A stretch of DNA of 64,000 nt from Marsupella aquatica (lineage: Eukaryota > Plantae > Marchantiophyta), in contig OZ316893.1 in NCBI GenBank assembly GCA_973895155.1, positions 186,001 to 250,000 of the forward strand. Direction: 5' to 3'. The notes beneath the pieces are model-generated. The model did not search any database and was not told the origin of the DNA. It saw only the letters and a program-made list of their open reading frames with translations. Below, one piece after another: positions 1 through 12,621 of the stretch. A program made the position numbers and the translations under genes. How positions within the stretch are numbered: the first letter of the stretch is position 1; every line of letters begins with the position of its first letter.

Positions 1-1723
1 AAAACACAAAGACACTTTCTAAGAACATAAACACAAAGAGATGTCGTTGGTTCCAGTTTATGGTTACAACGTGTACCGGCCAATCTAGGAACATTCATTT
101 CGGTTGAGTTCAATTCTCAGAGCATGCGAAGATTCTGTGCCACAGGATTGGGAAAGGCAGTTGGAGTGCAATCCGTCGAGAAAGCGGACAACAATGCGAG
201 ACCGATCGCAGGTACGTTGATGAGGTCATAATAATTCGCACCACCTCCTGTAAATCCATGGAATGGATCTGAGGAATTTTCTCAATATATTTCCTCTTTC
301 GTGCCTTGTGTAACAGGTTGATCTGAAAGACAAGTGGTGCAATTTGGAGATGAGGTCCAACAAAGTATGACAAGCTGAAGCCATCGACCCCACATACACG
401 TACATATTTTATTACACATTCAAAATGCGGTCACACAATGTATATATTCCAAAAATTCTTCCTTTCAAACCAGCTATGTATGAGCACGACCCCAGAGTAC
501 AGCGGGCTCTATTTTTGATAGATTGGTTTTGTAGTAGGTAGCATTGGCGCAATATGCGCTACACTGTAAAGCTTTAGGATTTAGGCTTTAGGGTTTAGGA
601 AAGAATGGAGGGAGTTGGCCTGTAGGGCGTGCTTTTCCCGACTATCGAGTTGGTTTTTACAATCTATGTATGACAGCGGAACTAAGCCTCTATTTTGTTC
701 AATGCAAAGCCTTCTCATTGGACGTCTTATAGCCATTCCAAACCCGATGACAAGAATACACCGGATTGGGTTCCGTTGAGTCAGCAGAGGCCGTACTAGC
801 ACTGCAACTGCTTCAGAAGGTAACTGAATTCATTCACCGATGTGGTAAGTGAAATAACTTGCGGCCAAAGTTAGCTCGAGTCTCAGCCGGTTAAGTACTG
901 TTGTGTTGTGACCAGTTTTGTGTAGTCAGATCGGCACTACAGATGGATACCAATCGAACGAACCTGAACTCACTCTGTTCCATCCACGGTCCAGAGCTAC
1001 CCTCCATTGTTTTATCGAAACTCGACACAGCAATCTAGAATTGCCCTAGCCGCTGCCATTTTACCCACACCACCAGTATATGATCCAAAAAACAAATTTT
1101 CCATACAACCCTAAACCATAAATCCTGAAAGGGATAACATAGAGCTCAAATCGGAGCTTCACCAAATTGGCCATTGAAGACCCAGTTTCAATTTGGCCAC
1201 CTCTTGAACCCTAAACGAACCATCAAAACAATGACATATATTCGTTGTCACCACACACCGTGGCAACCTTCCTTCTATTTCCCCAAGCATGATAAACAAG
1301 GGGACCTCTGTTGAATATTCAATTCGGGCTGAAGAGTCTCTTCAACCAACCAACCATAAAGTCAATGATGATAATGATACATCTCATTTTGTTTGACCGA
1401 AACCCAATTTTGGGAATGCTCGGCCCTCTCGTAAATATGAGGAACGTCACCGTAACCCGCCGAGTGTATCTAGAGGACAACGGTAATGTACACCCTAAAA
1501 TCTCACAAATAGTGTCAGATCAAAGCTTCTCTCATAAGTCTTGGAAGAAATACAAAAAAACTTAAAAGACAGATTGCTTTCAAATATGACCCTCTAATTT
1601 GCCGCACGCGATGTCCGGCTTCAGCGGAAGTCAGCCCTAAAAACGTCCGCCACCTCGAGACGAGCGATACAATAATGGGGCAAACATAGTTGGATAAAAA
1701 GTGATTCGAGCAATTCGCCAAAA

Positions 1724-3490
1724 TTGTTCCGGCACCCGAACGAACGATACAAGTTTCGGAAATTAACTGTGGTTTTGCAAAGGTGTCCTTCCGTTCATTT
1801 CATGTCGAGCAGAAAGAGGTCTCACGCAGAGACTACTCAAAACACTGCAGTAATCGATGGCTCAAAAACCATTACAATAGCGGCAGAGGCCAACATTCGG
1901 AACTCGCGAACGGACACAGCTTACATTACTCAATTTGAGAGCATCTTCCGGCATGCCAAATGCCTGGGTATGGTCCGAATGGGTTGCGATATGACCTTGG
2001 CAGAGGCTGCATATTATCATCGGAATATACAATCAGTCTATGGCGATGCGGCGTCACTATGCATCGAGTACGATAGGACACCGCTTATTAGGGTGCTCAA
2101 CCAAGAATTGGCCAACATGTTTGGGATTCCAGGTTTAGTTCCATCGCAGCTCCCGACAAGAGTGAAGTGCACACCTTACACTCCACGGCAGATTATCGGC
2201 TTTTTGAGGTCAGACCGTGACTTGAGATCCTCGATCCGTGCCGGGAAGATCCAATACGGGACGGTGACAAATCTGGAGGTCCGCAAGTATATAGAGTTTT
2301 TCACCAAATGGGTGATGATAAAATCTGGTTACCATCATGGGACCATTGACCATATCACGATCGCCGCTCGAGTGCTCGAAGGCGAGCTCCACCCGTTGCA
2401 AGTGTGGAAGGCGGAGTTGCTTCAGAAACTCGGGTCCAAATCGGTTCCGCCTTATCCCTCACTTCTTGCTTACATCATTTGTTGGGTGCTAAAGAAAAGA
2501 TTGGTGAACCCGATCAGGGATGCCACCGCCATCCCTGATGTTGCACCGCAAAATCGCCAATGGCATAGGAGTCACCGGCAAAACGTTGCTTACAGTCATG
2601 CGGTCGGGGAAAACCGGGGAACCAGTGAATCCACCTTACCACATGGGACTGCAGCTAATCCGGAACAGGAAGAAGCACGCGCTGACAGTTCAGAAGGCGA
2701 AGAAGATCGTGGAGAAGAAGCCACTCTACTGGGAGCATACATTTTGCACAACTTCAGGGTGAGCAACCACGCCTTGCAATCCTCCACGGTGGAAGGCGGT
2801 TCGGAGGACGGACGGTTGGACGTGCATGTACAGAAACTGGAATCAGTAGATGCATCTCGATTGAAAGGTTTTGAATAGAGGGTAGCCGTCACTTCGGTAA
2901 ACAAGGCAACAGAGTTTGCAGAGAGCCCCAGCCGGAACATGGGATTTCATGAGGACGCCACAGGGTCATTGCACAAATTATCCGAGGATACATTATTACA
3001 CAAGGGAACGGTACAGAGCTTGACAATCGACGGCACGGATTTGGAACAGAGGTCAGACAAACTGGGGCCGTGTGAGCCTAGAATATGTAAGCAACTAGAC
3101 GTACTGAAAGAGGAAAATGCTAGGCTCCAGCGAGAGATACAGGACGAACGGAGCCAATGCCGAAAAGTAGAAGAAGAAGTACAGGGACTGAAGAAGCAGC
3201 TCGACGCGGATTTACAACTCCTAGACGACCTCACCTGACGTTTGCAAGAGGCAGGGAATCCCAAATTTGAGGCCAAGGAGTCCTTAATCATAGAAGCTTC
3301 GAAGGAAAGGGAAAAAGCCATGGAATTTTATCTTCACGAGGCACTGCACAACATTGCTGGATTTGACTTGTCCACATTAAATCCATTTTCAAGAGCAGCT
3401 TATCGAGTAAAGATGGCCCTGTTTCAAGAAGAAACCGAAAAAGCTGCCAAGCTAATACAACATATGGGGCAGGAAAATCAACAACTTTGA
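1724..3490 (+). pseudogene. Degenerate gene with a divergent PMD/Transposase_32-like N-terminal domain, acidic linker and C-terminal coiled coil; may continue to ~4327
   Basis: ORFs 1724..2878, 2939..3238 and 3242..3490 are in one frame, separated by single TAG/TGA codons consistent with CAG/CGA C-to-T changes; 3758..3979 and 4145..4327 are in the same frame. Motifs 'LNQELANMFGIPG' and 'YPSLLAYIICW' resemble the module seen at 12.6, 28.7 and 31.4 kb; heptad-rich 'LKEENARLQREIQDERSQCRKVEEEVQGLKKQL'. Confidence 0.5.
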
Positions 3491-6094
3491 CTGGCAAATG
3501 AGACCAATCTCCGGTACCGTTTGGATCAGGTGAGACCTGTATGCATCATCAATTCAATTACCGTAAAACTGAACCTAAAAACAACCACTGTAGACATGGC
3601 GTAACTGATGTGACTTTTTCAGTTTCCGGGGCTATATTGTCCACCCACCTCCTGCAAAGCAGAGAGGGAGGGGGAATCAGCAGCGCCCACGGAAATTGGA
3701 TACACGATCATGGCATGACTTCCCTATGCGGCCGAGGTTTACATTACCAATGTTTGTATGTATGGTCAGACACAGCTTTCTTTCAGGATAAACAAAGAAA
3801 ATTCAAATCCGCTCCGAGATTCAATAGTGTGCATCCGAGTGAGTATGGACCCTCCGTTCCCAGATGCAAAACTGAGTGTCAATTGCCCTAATGATGCAGG
3901 TATTGAATCGAAACACCCACGCCGCGCCACGCCACAACTCAACACAGGTGATGACGTAGGGATGTCGTGCGACTGTTGAATATCCAAAGGAGGGGAGTAC
4001 TCATCCGCGATGATAAATAATTCAACAGCCAGGTGCTACTACTGACGATTTAGAATTGGGGATTGGGTGGTATCTTCCAATATGCCATATCAGAAGTGTC
4101 GTGAAACTAATACACAACCAAGCGGTGCTCCATAGAAAGCAGTAATGGCCTGCAATAATCGCGTTCCCGCTCGAATTGTGTTGTTTTTGAAATCCTACAA
4201 GCACGAGCAGAGGATTCAACTTCGATATAATGACCTCGTTACATTAGTTCAGAACAAAATTTATTCCTCCCTCAACATTCATTTCCAATTTGCCTTCAAT
4301 AAAGTGACCGTTACATGTCAATGCTAATTACCAGTAAGCAAATTTATAGTGAAATTCTTTTACATCGCGTCGAATTCAGAATTCTGAACCAAAGAACCAG
4401 ATATGCAATTCCACACAAACAACTCATCGGGCCTATTGCAAAATTAAAATTGGAGAATGCTAAAATTAAGTTGCGTCTTCCCCCCTGCACAGTCCAAGAA
4501 ATATTCTATCCGAATGTCTAAACCCTGAAGCCGCGCTTTTCTCCTGCTAAAGAATCGACTGACAACAAGCCCGGAGGTTTCTTACTCTACACCACCACTA
4601 ATTGGTCTCATCTCGGAATTCATGTTGGTAAATCCTAATTTAAGAGTGGGGCAGGTATGAACAGGAAAAATAACACTAGGTAACCATAGTTAGGCTAACT
4701 TTAGTAGGAGACGTGGTTAGGTTAACTAGGATGCACACTATATGCCAAGCGCGTGGTGTTTGCTTGGATAAGTGGAACTTAGGCTCATTGTTATGATGCG
4801 GCCACTTGAGAGATGAGGAGAGCTTACACTGCAGAGACTTGGTATAGCAAACTGGCATAGAGTTCAGTAAAGCTCTCTTGTGTGTTCCCATGGATGTAGC
4901 CTCGAGGAGGTGATCAAAACATGTATGTCTTGTGTCTACTACTTGCGCGTTGGATGTGTCATGTGCTTACCATTGCGATAGTCATCTATGCTCAACAGTT
5001 TTGAGAATAGTTGATTATGCTTGAATGTGTGAGTGACTTTGAGATAATGCTTATGATCTTTTTGGTGTGTATTCAAGGAATATTTTTTGACTAGGGCCTA
5101 TTTAGTGGGAGATAGACTCAAGTGAGATCTTTTTCTAAGATTTGTCATGGTAACTACGATCAAGGTAAGGTTTGTATCATTGTGCATGTTTTTTATGACT
5201 AGAATTTGTGTTGATTTGTTTAATTTACTTGAGAAGGTACTTGATATTTTGTCCATCCAATTCTTGAAATGAGCAATTTTGTGTGAGTGAGTTACTAGAC
5301 AAATGTTGGGCTTCACTAAGAAACAACCCCGCTTTCATCGAGGATTCTCTCTTTTTCCCCATTCAATTAGTGTGATTGCTAAAAATGTTCTCTTATAAAG
5401 CTAAATCAAAGCATGCAGTCTATTCTATGCTTTAAAATCTAATTTTCACACACATGATAATATTTATCATAATATTGTTTATTTTAAAACAAATGATCAA
5501 AAAGGTTTAAATATAGCATTGTACCCGGGAACCCTCACTTCTTTTCTTCCTACCCATCACGCGCGAATGTAGAAGGATTTTTTTATTGGGTTTAGTGAAA
5601 AACGGGGTGAAATACTTTTAAATTTTTGTTCTAGAACATTAGGGTTATTTTAATCCAATTTTGAGAATCATAGGGTTTAGGGTAAAAAATTAAGTTAGGG
5701 GTAAAAAATTTCCTTAAAAAGAAACTTCAATGACTTAACTTTTAGGGTGTTTATTCCCCCAAAACTTCACGCTTGATATGGGACACCCCTTGGATTGAGG
5801 CCCCCGAGAATTTACCACAACACTTGACGCTTTTTATATGAATAATCATAGATTTCTTCAATTTCAGCAATGCTCTAAGCTTGGTAGGGGTAGTTGAGTA
5901 CATCTTTTATAATTTTGTTTCATACTGATATGGTTATCTAAGCACATTACATATTTAAGAAAGTGAAATTTGCCCTTTGTTGGATTCCAAAAATTAAGAA
6001 GTTAGTTGTTTGTACCTAACCATATTCACTTAATTTCATTATCAATCGTATACTATAATTATAACTGAAGGTCCACATCACATTATTCAAGCTA

Positions 6095-7462
6095 CACTCT
6101 TTACAGTATTTAGTCTCACACGCTCTAATTACTGTGAGGTTATATTTGAGGTAAGTGACGGTAATTAGGGTGTGTGACACTAATATGGTATGACACTAAT
6201 TGTGGTTACAAGTCAAATAGTGTCACATGTACACTTAAGTTAAAAAAATAGAATAGACTATAGTCAAAATTTGCTTATAAAAAAATGAAAAATGTGCACA
6301 ATATTTGATTACACTTTACAAAATTTACTACTGAGCAAACTTCAGAAACTTATAACTCTTTCCATATACTACTGAACATTGAGCAAACTTCAGACATTTA
6401 TAACTCTTTTCACATAATACAAAATTATAGTTTGAGGTACTCAACCACATTGAGCAAGCAAGATATGTTTGATTCACTTCTATCAATTATGAATAACATA
6501 TGTTGTCTCACATACGCTACAAACTGATATCCTGTTCACTCTCTTTCAACCTGTCCCCTGTGTCTCATCCTTGCAAGACGGCGTACAACCCCAAGAGAAG
6601 TGGGTTGAGCTGGCTCTTCACCTGGTTCACCAACTTCAGGAGCCACTTCAACAGTAGCATCAATATCAAGGCCAACTCGACTCCCTTCAAAATTCGCTCG
6701 ATACTTTGCTATGATATTTTGAAGCTCAGGTGTAAGTTGATCTTCAGACCATACACCAGTGACATTTAGAGACAAACCGGTCCTTATCATTGATTTTTGT
6801 GCATAAGACATGCCATGTCTGTCAACAGAATTGTTTACCTCAGCTACATAGTCCCTTGCCAATGTCAAAAACCACTGCTTGCCTGGATTTATCAATTTCC
6901 CAGATGTGCCTCGTGTCCCAGTCCCCATCCAGTGTCCCAGCAAGCAACATCTCTGCCTTCTTCTCTTCCCACCTCTTTGTCCAGGCATCCTTAATCTTTG
7001 AAATAACAAATGAATCACAGGGTTGGCAAAGGTAAGTTGAATTTGCTGATAGATACCTGATCTCTGTCAAAATTTCTTGCAAAGCTGCAACGGTACCTGC
7101 TGTCTGGTTGTGCCCATTGTAATTGTCCATCCATTGAATCTTGACTCTCCCTCGAATATCAGGCCTGCTGACTCTCCTTTCCCTGTAATACTTTTCCAGA
7201 CAAGCAGTGTTCACGCACACAGAGATGTCATTGAAAGTCTGGATAACTTTGGAGTGAGTCTAGTTTAGGGTTACCACCAATTATATATTGTTATCTCTAA
7301 TTATCAATATTTTTAAATATATATTAATTTTTTTTTCAAAATTGAAGGTGACGGTAAATAGTGTCAGTTGGCTGAAAATCAAGGGATACCCCTAATTAGT
7401 GTGTGTGACAGTAATTGTTAGTGACACTAATTGTTTCGTGAGACTAAATACTGTAAAGAGTG
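6095..7462 (-). mobile_element. pogo/Tc1-mariner superfamily TIR transposon, internally deleted (non-autonomous)
   Basis: Perfect 25-bp terminal inverted repeats CACTCTTTACAGTATTTAGTCTCAC (6095..6119 and 7438..7462), flanked by TA on both sides (6093-94, 7463-64); subterminal GTGAC/GACACTAATTG repeats; internal DDE_1 fragment. Confidence 0.9.
6536..7220 (-). pseudogene. DDE_1 (pogo/CENP-B-like) transposase C-terminal fragment, frameshifted
   Basis: 'IQWMDNYNGHNQ...IRYLSANSTYLCQPCDSFVISKIKDAW' matches the DDE_1 'LDN..H ... LP.N.T..LQP.D...F..LK..W' pattern; continues in the 6536..7018 frame; no N-terminal HTH. Confidence 0.8.
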
Positions 7463-7526
7463 TAGTTAAGGCAATACACTTTAATATACTATTTAACACC
7501 AACTATAAGTTCAAAATTAAATAAAC

Positions 7527-7770
7527 TTACAAGTTAAGGCACTGTAGTACACACATCTGCAAGAGTCAGGCAGTGTACTGTTTGAGCCCAGTTGTAACTC
7601 TAAAATCAATATAAGATTACAAGTTAAGGCATTCTGGTACACACATCTACAAGGTTCGGTGTACTGTTTGACCCCAGTTGTAACACTCAAAAAATCTATA
7701 TCAGGTCATAAGTTATGGCAATTGGTACACACATATGCAAGGGTTTGAGTATTGTTTAGGGTATTGTAAC
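7527..7770. repeat. ~90-bp degenerate direct repeat, 2-3 copies
   Basis: TTACAAGTTAAGGCA...GTACACACATCT...GTACTGTTTGA.CCCAGTTGTAAC at 7527 and 7617; third diverged copy near 7708. Confidence 0.7.
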
Positions 7771-9779
7771 TTATACTCCAGATTTTACATTACAATAATC
7801 TAACATAATTAAATACCACTTCAAAACAATATTTTCATAACATCTTAATAATCTTTGCATCAAACCTCAATGTAAGCTTACCATGACGAAATCCGAGCTT
7901 ATTCACTCCATCTTTGACCCCTAGGTATATTTCTAATATTCTTTCCCAATTTACTTGTATGGTGCCCTTCATGAGCGTTGAGAGAACGCTTTATATGTTT
8001 CTTACCAAGCTGCTTATTTTTTAGCGGCAAATTTTGTAAATCCACTTATTTATAAAATCCACTTTATACCCAACCTGTACACAACAAGACTTTATGGATA
8101 TGGATGCTTCAATGTTGCTATTTTTTTCAAAGCCAAACTACTTAGTACTATCCAAGTTATTCTTATTCATTAGGCACCATAAAGGGCATAACCTACTTAT
8201 GTCAAATCCAAGCCTGTATAGGTTAAGTTAATAAGTTGGGTAGAGTTGTTTGCGTCAAGAAGTGCCATTACTCTTCACACGAGTCTTCACACGAGCCTTC
8301 ACACAGAAAAGCAATATAGGTGGTTGGATTCGAATGGTATGAAAGTTCTTTTTGAGTTAAGGGACCGCACGAGTATTTGCACACAAAATGAATCTGGATG
8401 GAACGATGGTTGGATTCAAAACATGTAACGGTATGAAAGTTTATTATCAGAGACTACACGAGCCTTCGCACGAGTCTTCTTCACACACAAGATGTTGATC
8501 ACTACATTCAAAATATGTAATGGCTGGATATTTATGGGGTGACATGGAATGTTCGCAGAATTTTCAGATTTACGGAAGTCTCTAACTGAAATGGGGGTGG
8601 ACAAAAAATCAGGATTGTGCAAGATTCTTTTTCTTAATATCTGTTTACTTTGACGGACAGGGTAATCGGGCTAGTTGTATCAGAGTGCCAAAAAGCACAA
8701 ACCGGGAGACTGGGTCCAACGAGCAAAGCAACCCAAATAAAGGGAAAGAAACAGAAGAGGGGAGGGCCCCAAGAAGAGCCAAAACTCCCAAGAGGCCAAA
8801 GAAGGCAAGGAGTCCCCCGTCACAACCAAGGAACCAAAATGTGCAGGTTGAAAGGATTCCCTGACATAGCATCATATTTTTATTGTTGTTAGCCTAGCCC
8901 ACTCAACTCACTGTTAGTCTTTTCCGATAGTGACATACTACAGTAGATGGCTCCAGAAATCATACTACAGCAAAAGTGAGGGCACACTCAATCTAGAGAA
9001 GAAGAGAACCAGCATTAAAGGCACTGAACGACTGTCCATTAGCGAAAATACATGAAGGAAAATCCAATTGCAAACAAAAATACATCGACCACCAGAATCC
9101 CAGGAAAGGAAACAAAATCAAAATCTACACTGAATTCAAAGGATAACAAATCACGGATGAACAAAGACTAAACGGACGAAGGTCCATCATTATTCAGAGC
9201 AAACAAGCCAACGATGCGCCAAAAATCACGTCCCGTCCACCCAAATAGCTCCTGCCATCAATCTCCTCTCCTCCATTCTGCATATGTCCGTTAAGCCTGT
9301 GACGCCACGCTAACCGTGCATATAGATCCTGAGCTCAATCCTAGCACTCATTTTCATACCAGAAACCTAGACACAAATCTGTTCCCTTTCTAATGAGAAA
9401 GAAGCCTTCGAAAGCTGCCAGTTAACACAATCCAACGCAACATGCAAACTCCATACCCGTAAGGGGGACTCCCCCACAGTGCAAAGGAGCCCTGGTACAA
9501 CCGCCAAAGGACCCATGGCTCGCTGCATAATAAACGCGGCCCAAGACCGAATGCTCTGAGAGGCAGGGCTGCTGTTCTGAGATTTCTTATTGAGCACAGA
9601 CAGTCTTCACATCTAATGCACCACCCTCTAATAAACCAAACAAACGGAATAATAGAACCATCCTCACAGCGACGAATGGTACGCTTTCCATTAATGAAAT
9701 GCTTAGTGGAATTGAGTCGATGAATGAATTGCCAAAGGAGGTGATTGATCTTTTAGGATTCCAGACGTTATTATATATC

Positions 9780-11530
9780 AAATGGATCGGATGGGATTTA
9801 CATCACATGGATGTCATAACCGCCGCCCTCAATGGGACACTAACTGACGAGATCTATATGCACCTATATTTCTTTCACTCAAATGGTGACCTTTTCATTC
9901 TTATGTTTTATGTCGATGACCTTCCGATTGATTGCTGGTAGTGATCCAGAGACTCACTTGAAAAATCCACTACAAGAATGACATGTCTTGACTACAGAAA
10001 CACGCACTGCTCCTTTTCATACGACTACATAATCATTGTCACGCAGTTGGCGAGCTTATATATATCTTCCTCACTCACACTAGACCAGACATGTCTTACG
10101 CAGTACCCATCATTGGGTACGATACACGAGCTCTCCTCAGAAACTCACTGGGATTCGGTTCAACATATTCTATGGTATCTACATGCAAACTTCCGACCAT
10201 GGCATCTCATTTCTTCGCTCTTTCAACAACCTCCCTTCAAGGACTTACCGATGCAGGCTTCCTTGGGTGCACTGAAACTCGACGCTTTCACGGTGCCTAT
10301 CTCCTCCGACTGGCGAATGGCCCTATATTTTGTACTGGTCTAGTAAATTACAATCAACTCTTTCCGATAGTACTACTGAACCTGAGTACAAAGCACTCTC
10401 GGAGGCCGCCAAAGAAGCAGTTCACATCCGTCGAATTTGCCAAAGAAGCAGTTCACATCTGTCGATTTCACATCTATCGACTTCTTGCTGAGATTGGTTC
10501 TACAACCACTCAGTCACCTATTCACTCGGATTTAGCAACACGCGTGCACCCCAACCACTGCCCGACATTCATCTTCATTGTCTAACCAGGGTTCAATCAA
10601 ATTGGCCAATCACCACTTCGACGGTAAACAAACACCACTTTATTAGGGAGTAAGAGGGGTGGAAACATCATTGTCCTACACATCAATACAAACAAAAACC
10701 CTGCCAATATCCTTACTGAGCCTCTAGATGATAATTTGAAAAACACCGATCATGCATGGGGCTTAAAAAAATCCATAGCTACTAAAACCTAGTTCAGTCC
10801 TCCTTAAGCATTACACCTTTCCTCATCAGGAAGAACTCTGCCTTTGCCAACGTCCGAAAACTCTGATGGCAATTCCCTGGATATCCGCTCACTTCATTGT
10901 TCGCCTCTGTCAAAGTCGTGTAAATTCCTGGCCTTCTTCCCACTGCAACTGCATAAAATCGACGACGGGACATTCCAGGCTCCTCCATCGCTTCACCAAA
11001 TCGCCATTGCTTCATCAGCGCTTCCATGTTTGCTTGAGGGGCACTTGGCCGCTGCACTACATCGCTCTTCGATGACAGTTGCAGTACATCGCTCATCGAT
11101 GACATCACCGGATGCAACAATTGCGGTGACCCCACCTCCGCAGCAACTTCCTCTCCCCGGATCTCTACCTTTTTTGGTCTATTCTCCTTCAGCTCGGCAC
11201 CTTGCTCCCGGATCCATTGCGCGAACCTACTGCAGCCGACAAACAGTGCACGGAGCAACTGCACCAACACTTTCACGAATCCACTTGCCAGCATCAACAA
11301 CGCTTCTTGAGTCGACATCTCCCACCTCGAACCTTCGGACAAATTTGATGTTGTGTTTGCCTTGAGGCCGAATCAAAGTAGACCGTTTGCTTCACTCACT
11401 TAGTCGAGAGGGGGTGTTGGAAATCAACTCGTAATAAGATGACTTATAACGAGGCCGGCCTCAACGGTCATCCAGTTTGACGCCTCCACTCCACTTTCTC
11501 CCCGGCCCCCACTGCTATCTGTCTGTCTGA
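9780..11530 (+). mobile_element. Ty1/copia remnant: RT and RNase H fragments, PPT and start of 3' LTR
   Basis: 'WDLHHMDVITAALNGTLTDEIYM', 'LMFYVDDL', 'LQGLTDAGF', 'STTEPEYKALSEAAKEAV'; purine tract GAGAGGGGG (11406..11414) followed directly by TGTTGG at 11415. Right boundary uncertain. Confidence 0.8.
10794..11342 (-). CDS. ORF with C-terminal Cauli_VI / RNase H1 hybrid-binding (HBD) domain, antisense inside the Copia remnant
   Basis: 'RRRFYAVAVGRRPGIYTTLTEANNEVSGYPGNCHQSFRTLAKAEFFL' fits the HBD/viroplasmin consensus FYAV..GR.PGIY..W.E...QV.GY....KSF.T..EA..FL; first ATG at ~11318. Confidence 0.75.
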   Translation of the reverse strand: MSEGSRWEMSTQEALLMLASGFVKVLVQLLRALFVGCSRFAQWIREQGAELKENRPKKVEIRGEEVAAEVGSPQLLHPVMSSMSDVLQLSSKSDVVQRPSAPQANMEALMKQWRFGEAMEEPGMSRRRFYAVAVGRRPGIYTTLTEANNEVSGYPGNCHQSFRTLAKAEFFLMRKGVMLKED

Positions 11531-12621
11531 GGTACCGTTGATGTTAGGTCTGTCTGCCCTACCGTCGATTCTCAGCTACTTGTAGGGGAGGCATGACGGA
11601 CACCTCATGTAGCAAGCACAACATCTGCTTCTACCAACAACATTGTGATGACAGGTAATGCACTGCTCGCGAGTGTCGTGCAGCATGCCCTCGCGTTGAA
11701 AGGCATTGAGATGACACACCTGAGGTGGGCATTGACTGCTTCATGTGGACATTGCACCTGGGTTCGAAGTATTCCTTGCCTTGCCTTCTGAAAGCTACTC
11801 CTACAAATGCTTCACACTGCACGTGATCAATTGTCATTACTGAGAATCAGTCATGCGGAACCCGCGACCCCCAGTGAGTGTGGTGGCTCGTACATCACAC
11901 AAGATTTTGTGACTGACGAGTTATTTTTGGGCATACGGTATTCCTTCGCAGCTGTAGTGACAAGAGCACTTTGTCATGGGACACATGTACCGTTTTTTGG
12001 TAGAGTGTAAGGAGGATGTTACTCCCAATTTTGTAAAGATGTTTGTAAATTTTGGCACTTGATGTGTTGTGTTGACTGATATTTGTAAACTTTGGTGCGA
12101 ATTTAATTTCCCTATCAAATGATGCAAAAAGCAATTAATTTCCTATTAAACGATGCAAGCAATTACCTAGCATGTTCTTGCTTGGTTAAGTTCTGTGTAT
12201 TGGATACGGCAGTGAGATGATTGACTGTACTAAGATTATTACTCGCACTCTCCATTGACTGGGAATGTGACGGATGCCACAAGTTCGCAAACGGCACTAC
12301 TTTGGTTTGTTTGCTTTCGTTCCTTGGAAAGTCTACAAAAGTTCCAACCTCGACAAAAGTCTTCAAACAAGACCGATCGAGTCTGATTGAAGTCGGCAAT
12401 TAGCTGCAACTCAGGCGACTCGGTTATCACATCTGGTTCTGCAAACTCTGCTCGTAGCAGGGTCAGAACTCGGGAGGGTTTCTGGCCTGTGATCTATGCA
12501 GAATGAAGGAGGGATTGGGATAAGCTCTTAGGGCAAAGGCATTGCTTGCTCTGTTTTGTGGACACGGAGAAGTCCAACTCAATATAGTGGAGGTCTTCCC
12601 TCGCTGCTGCGATGAGGTGTA

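Noticed and set aside
575-600. TTTAGGG/CCCTAAA motifs here and scattered elsewhere (e.g. 13739, 20048, 24166)
   Set aside because: Only 1-3 degenerate units; telo-box-like, not a telomeric array.
11640-12460. Possible RING finger or upstream exons of the SNF2 HelicC gene (Cys-containing frames, 'PTSTKV')
   Set aside because: Cys spacing does not fit a RING and the frames are broken; cannot support.
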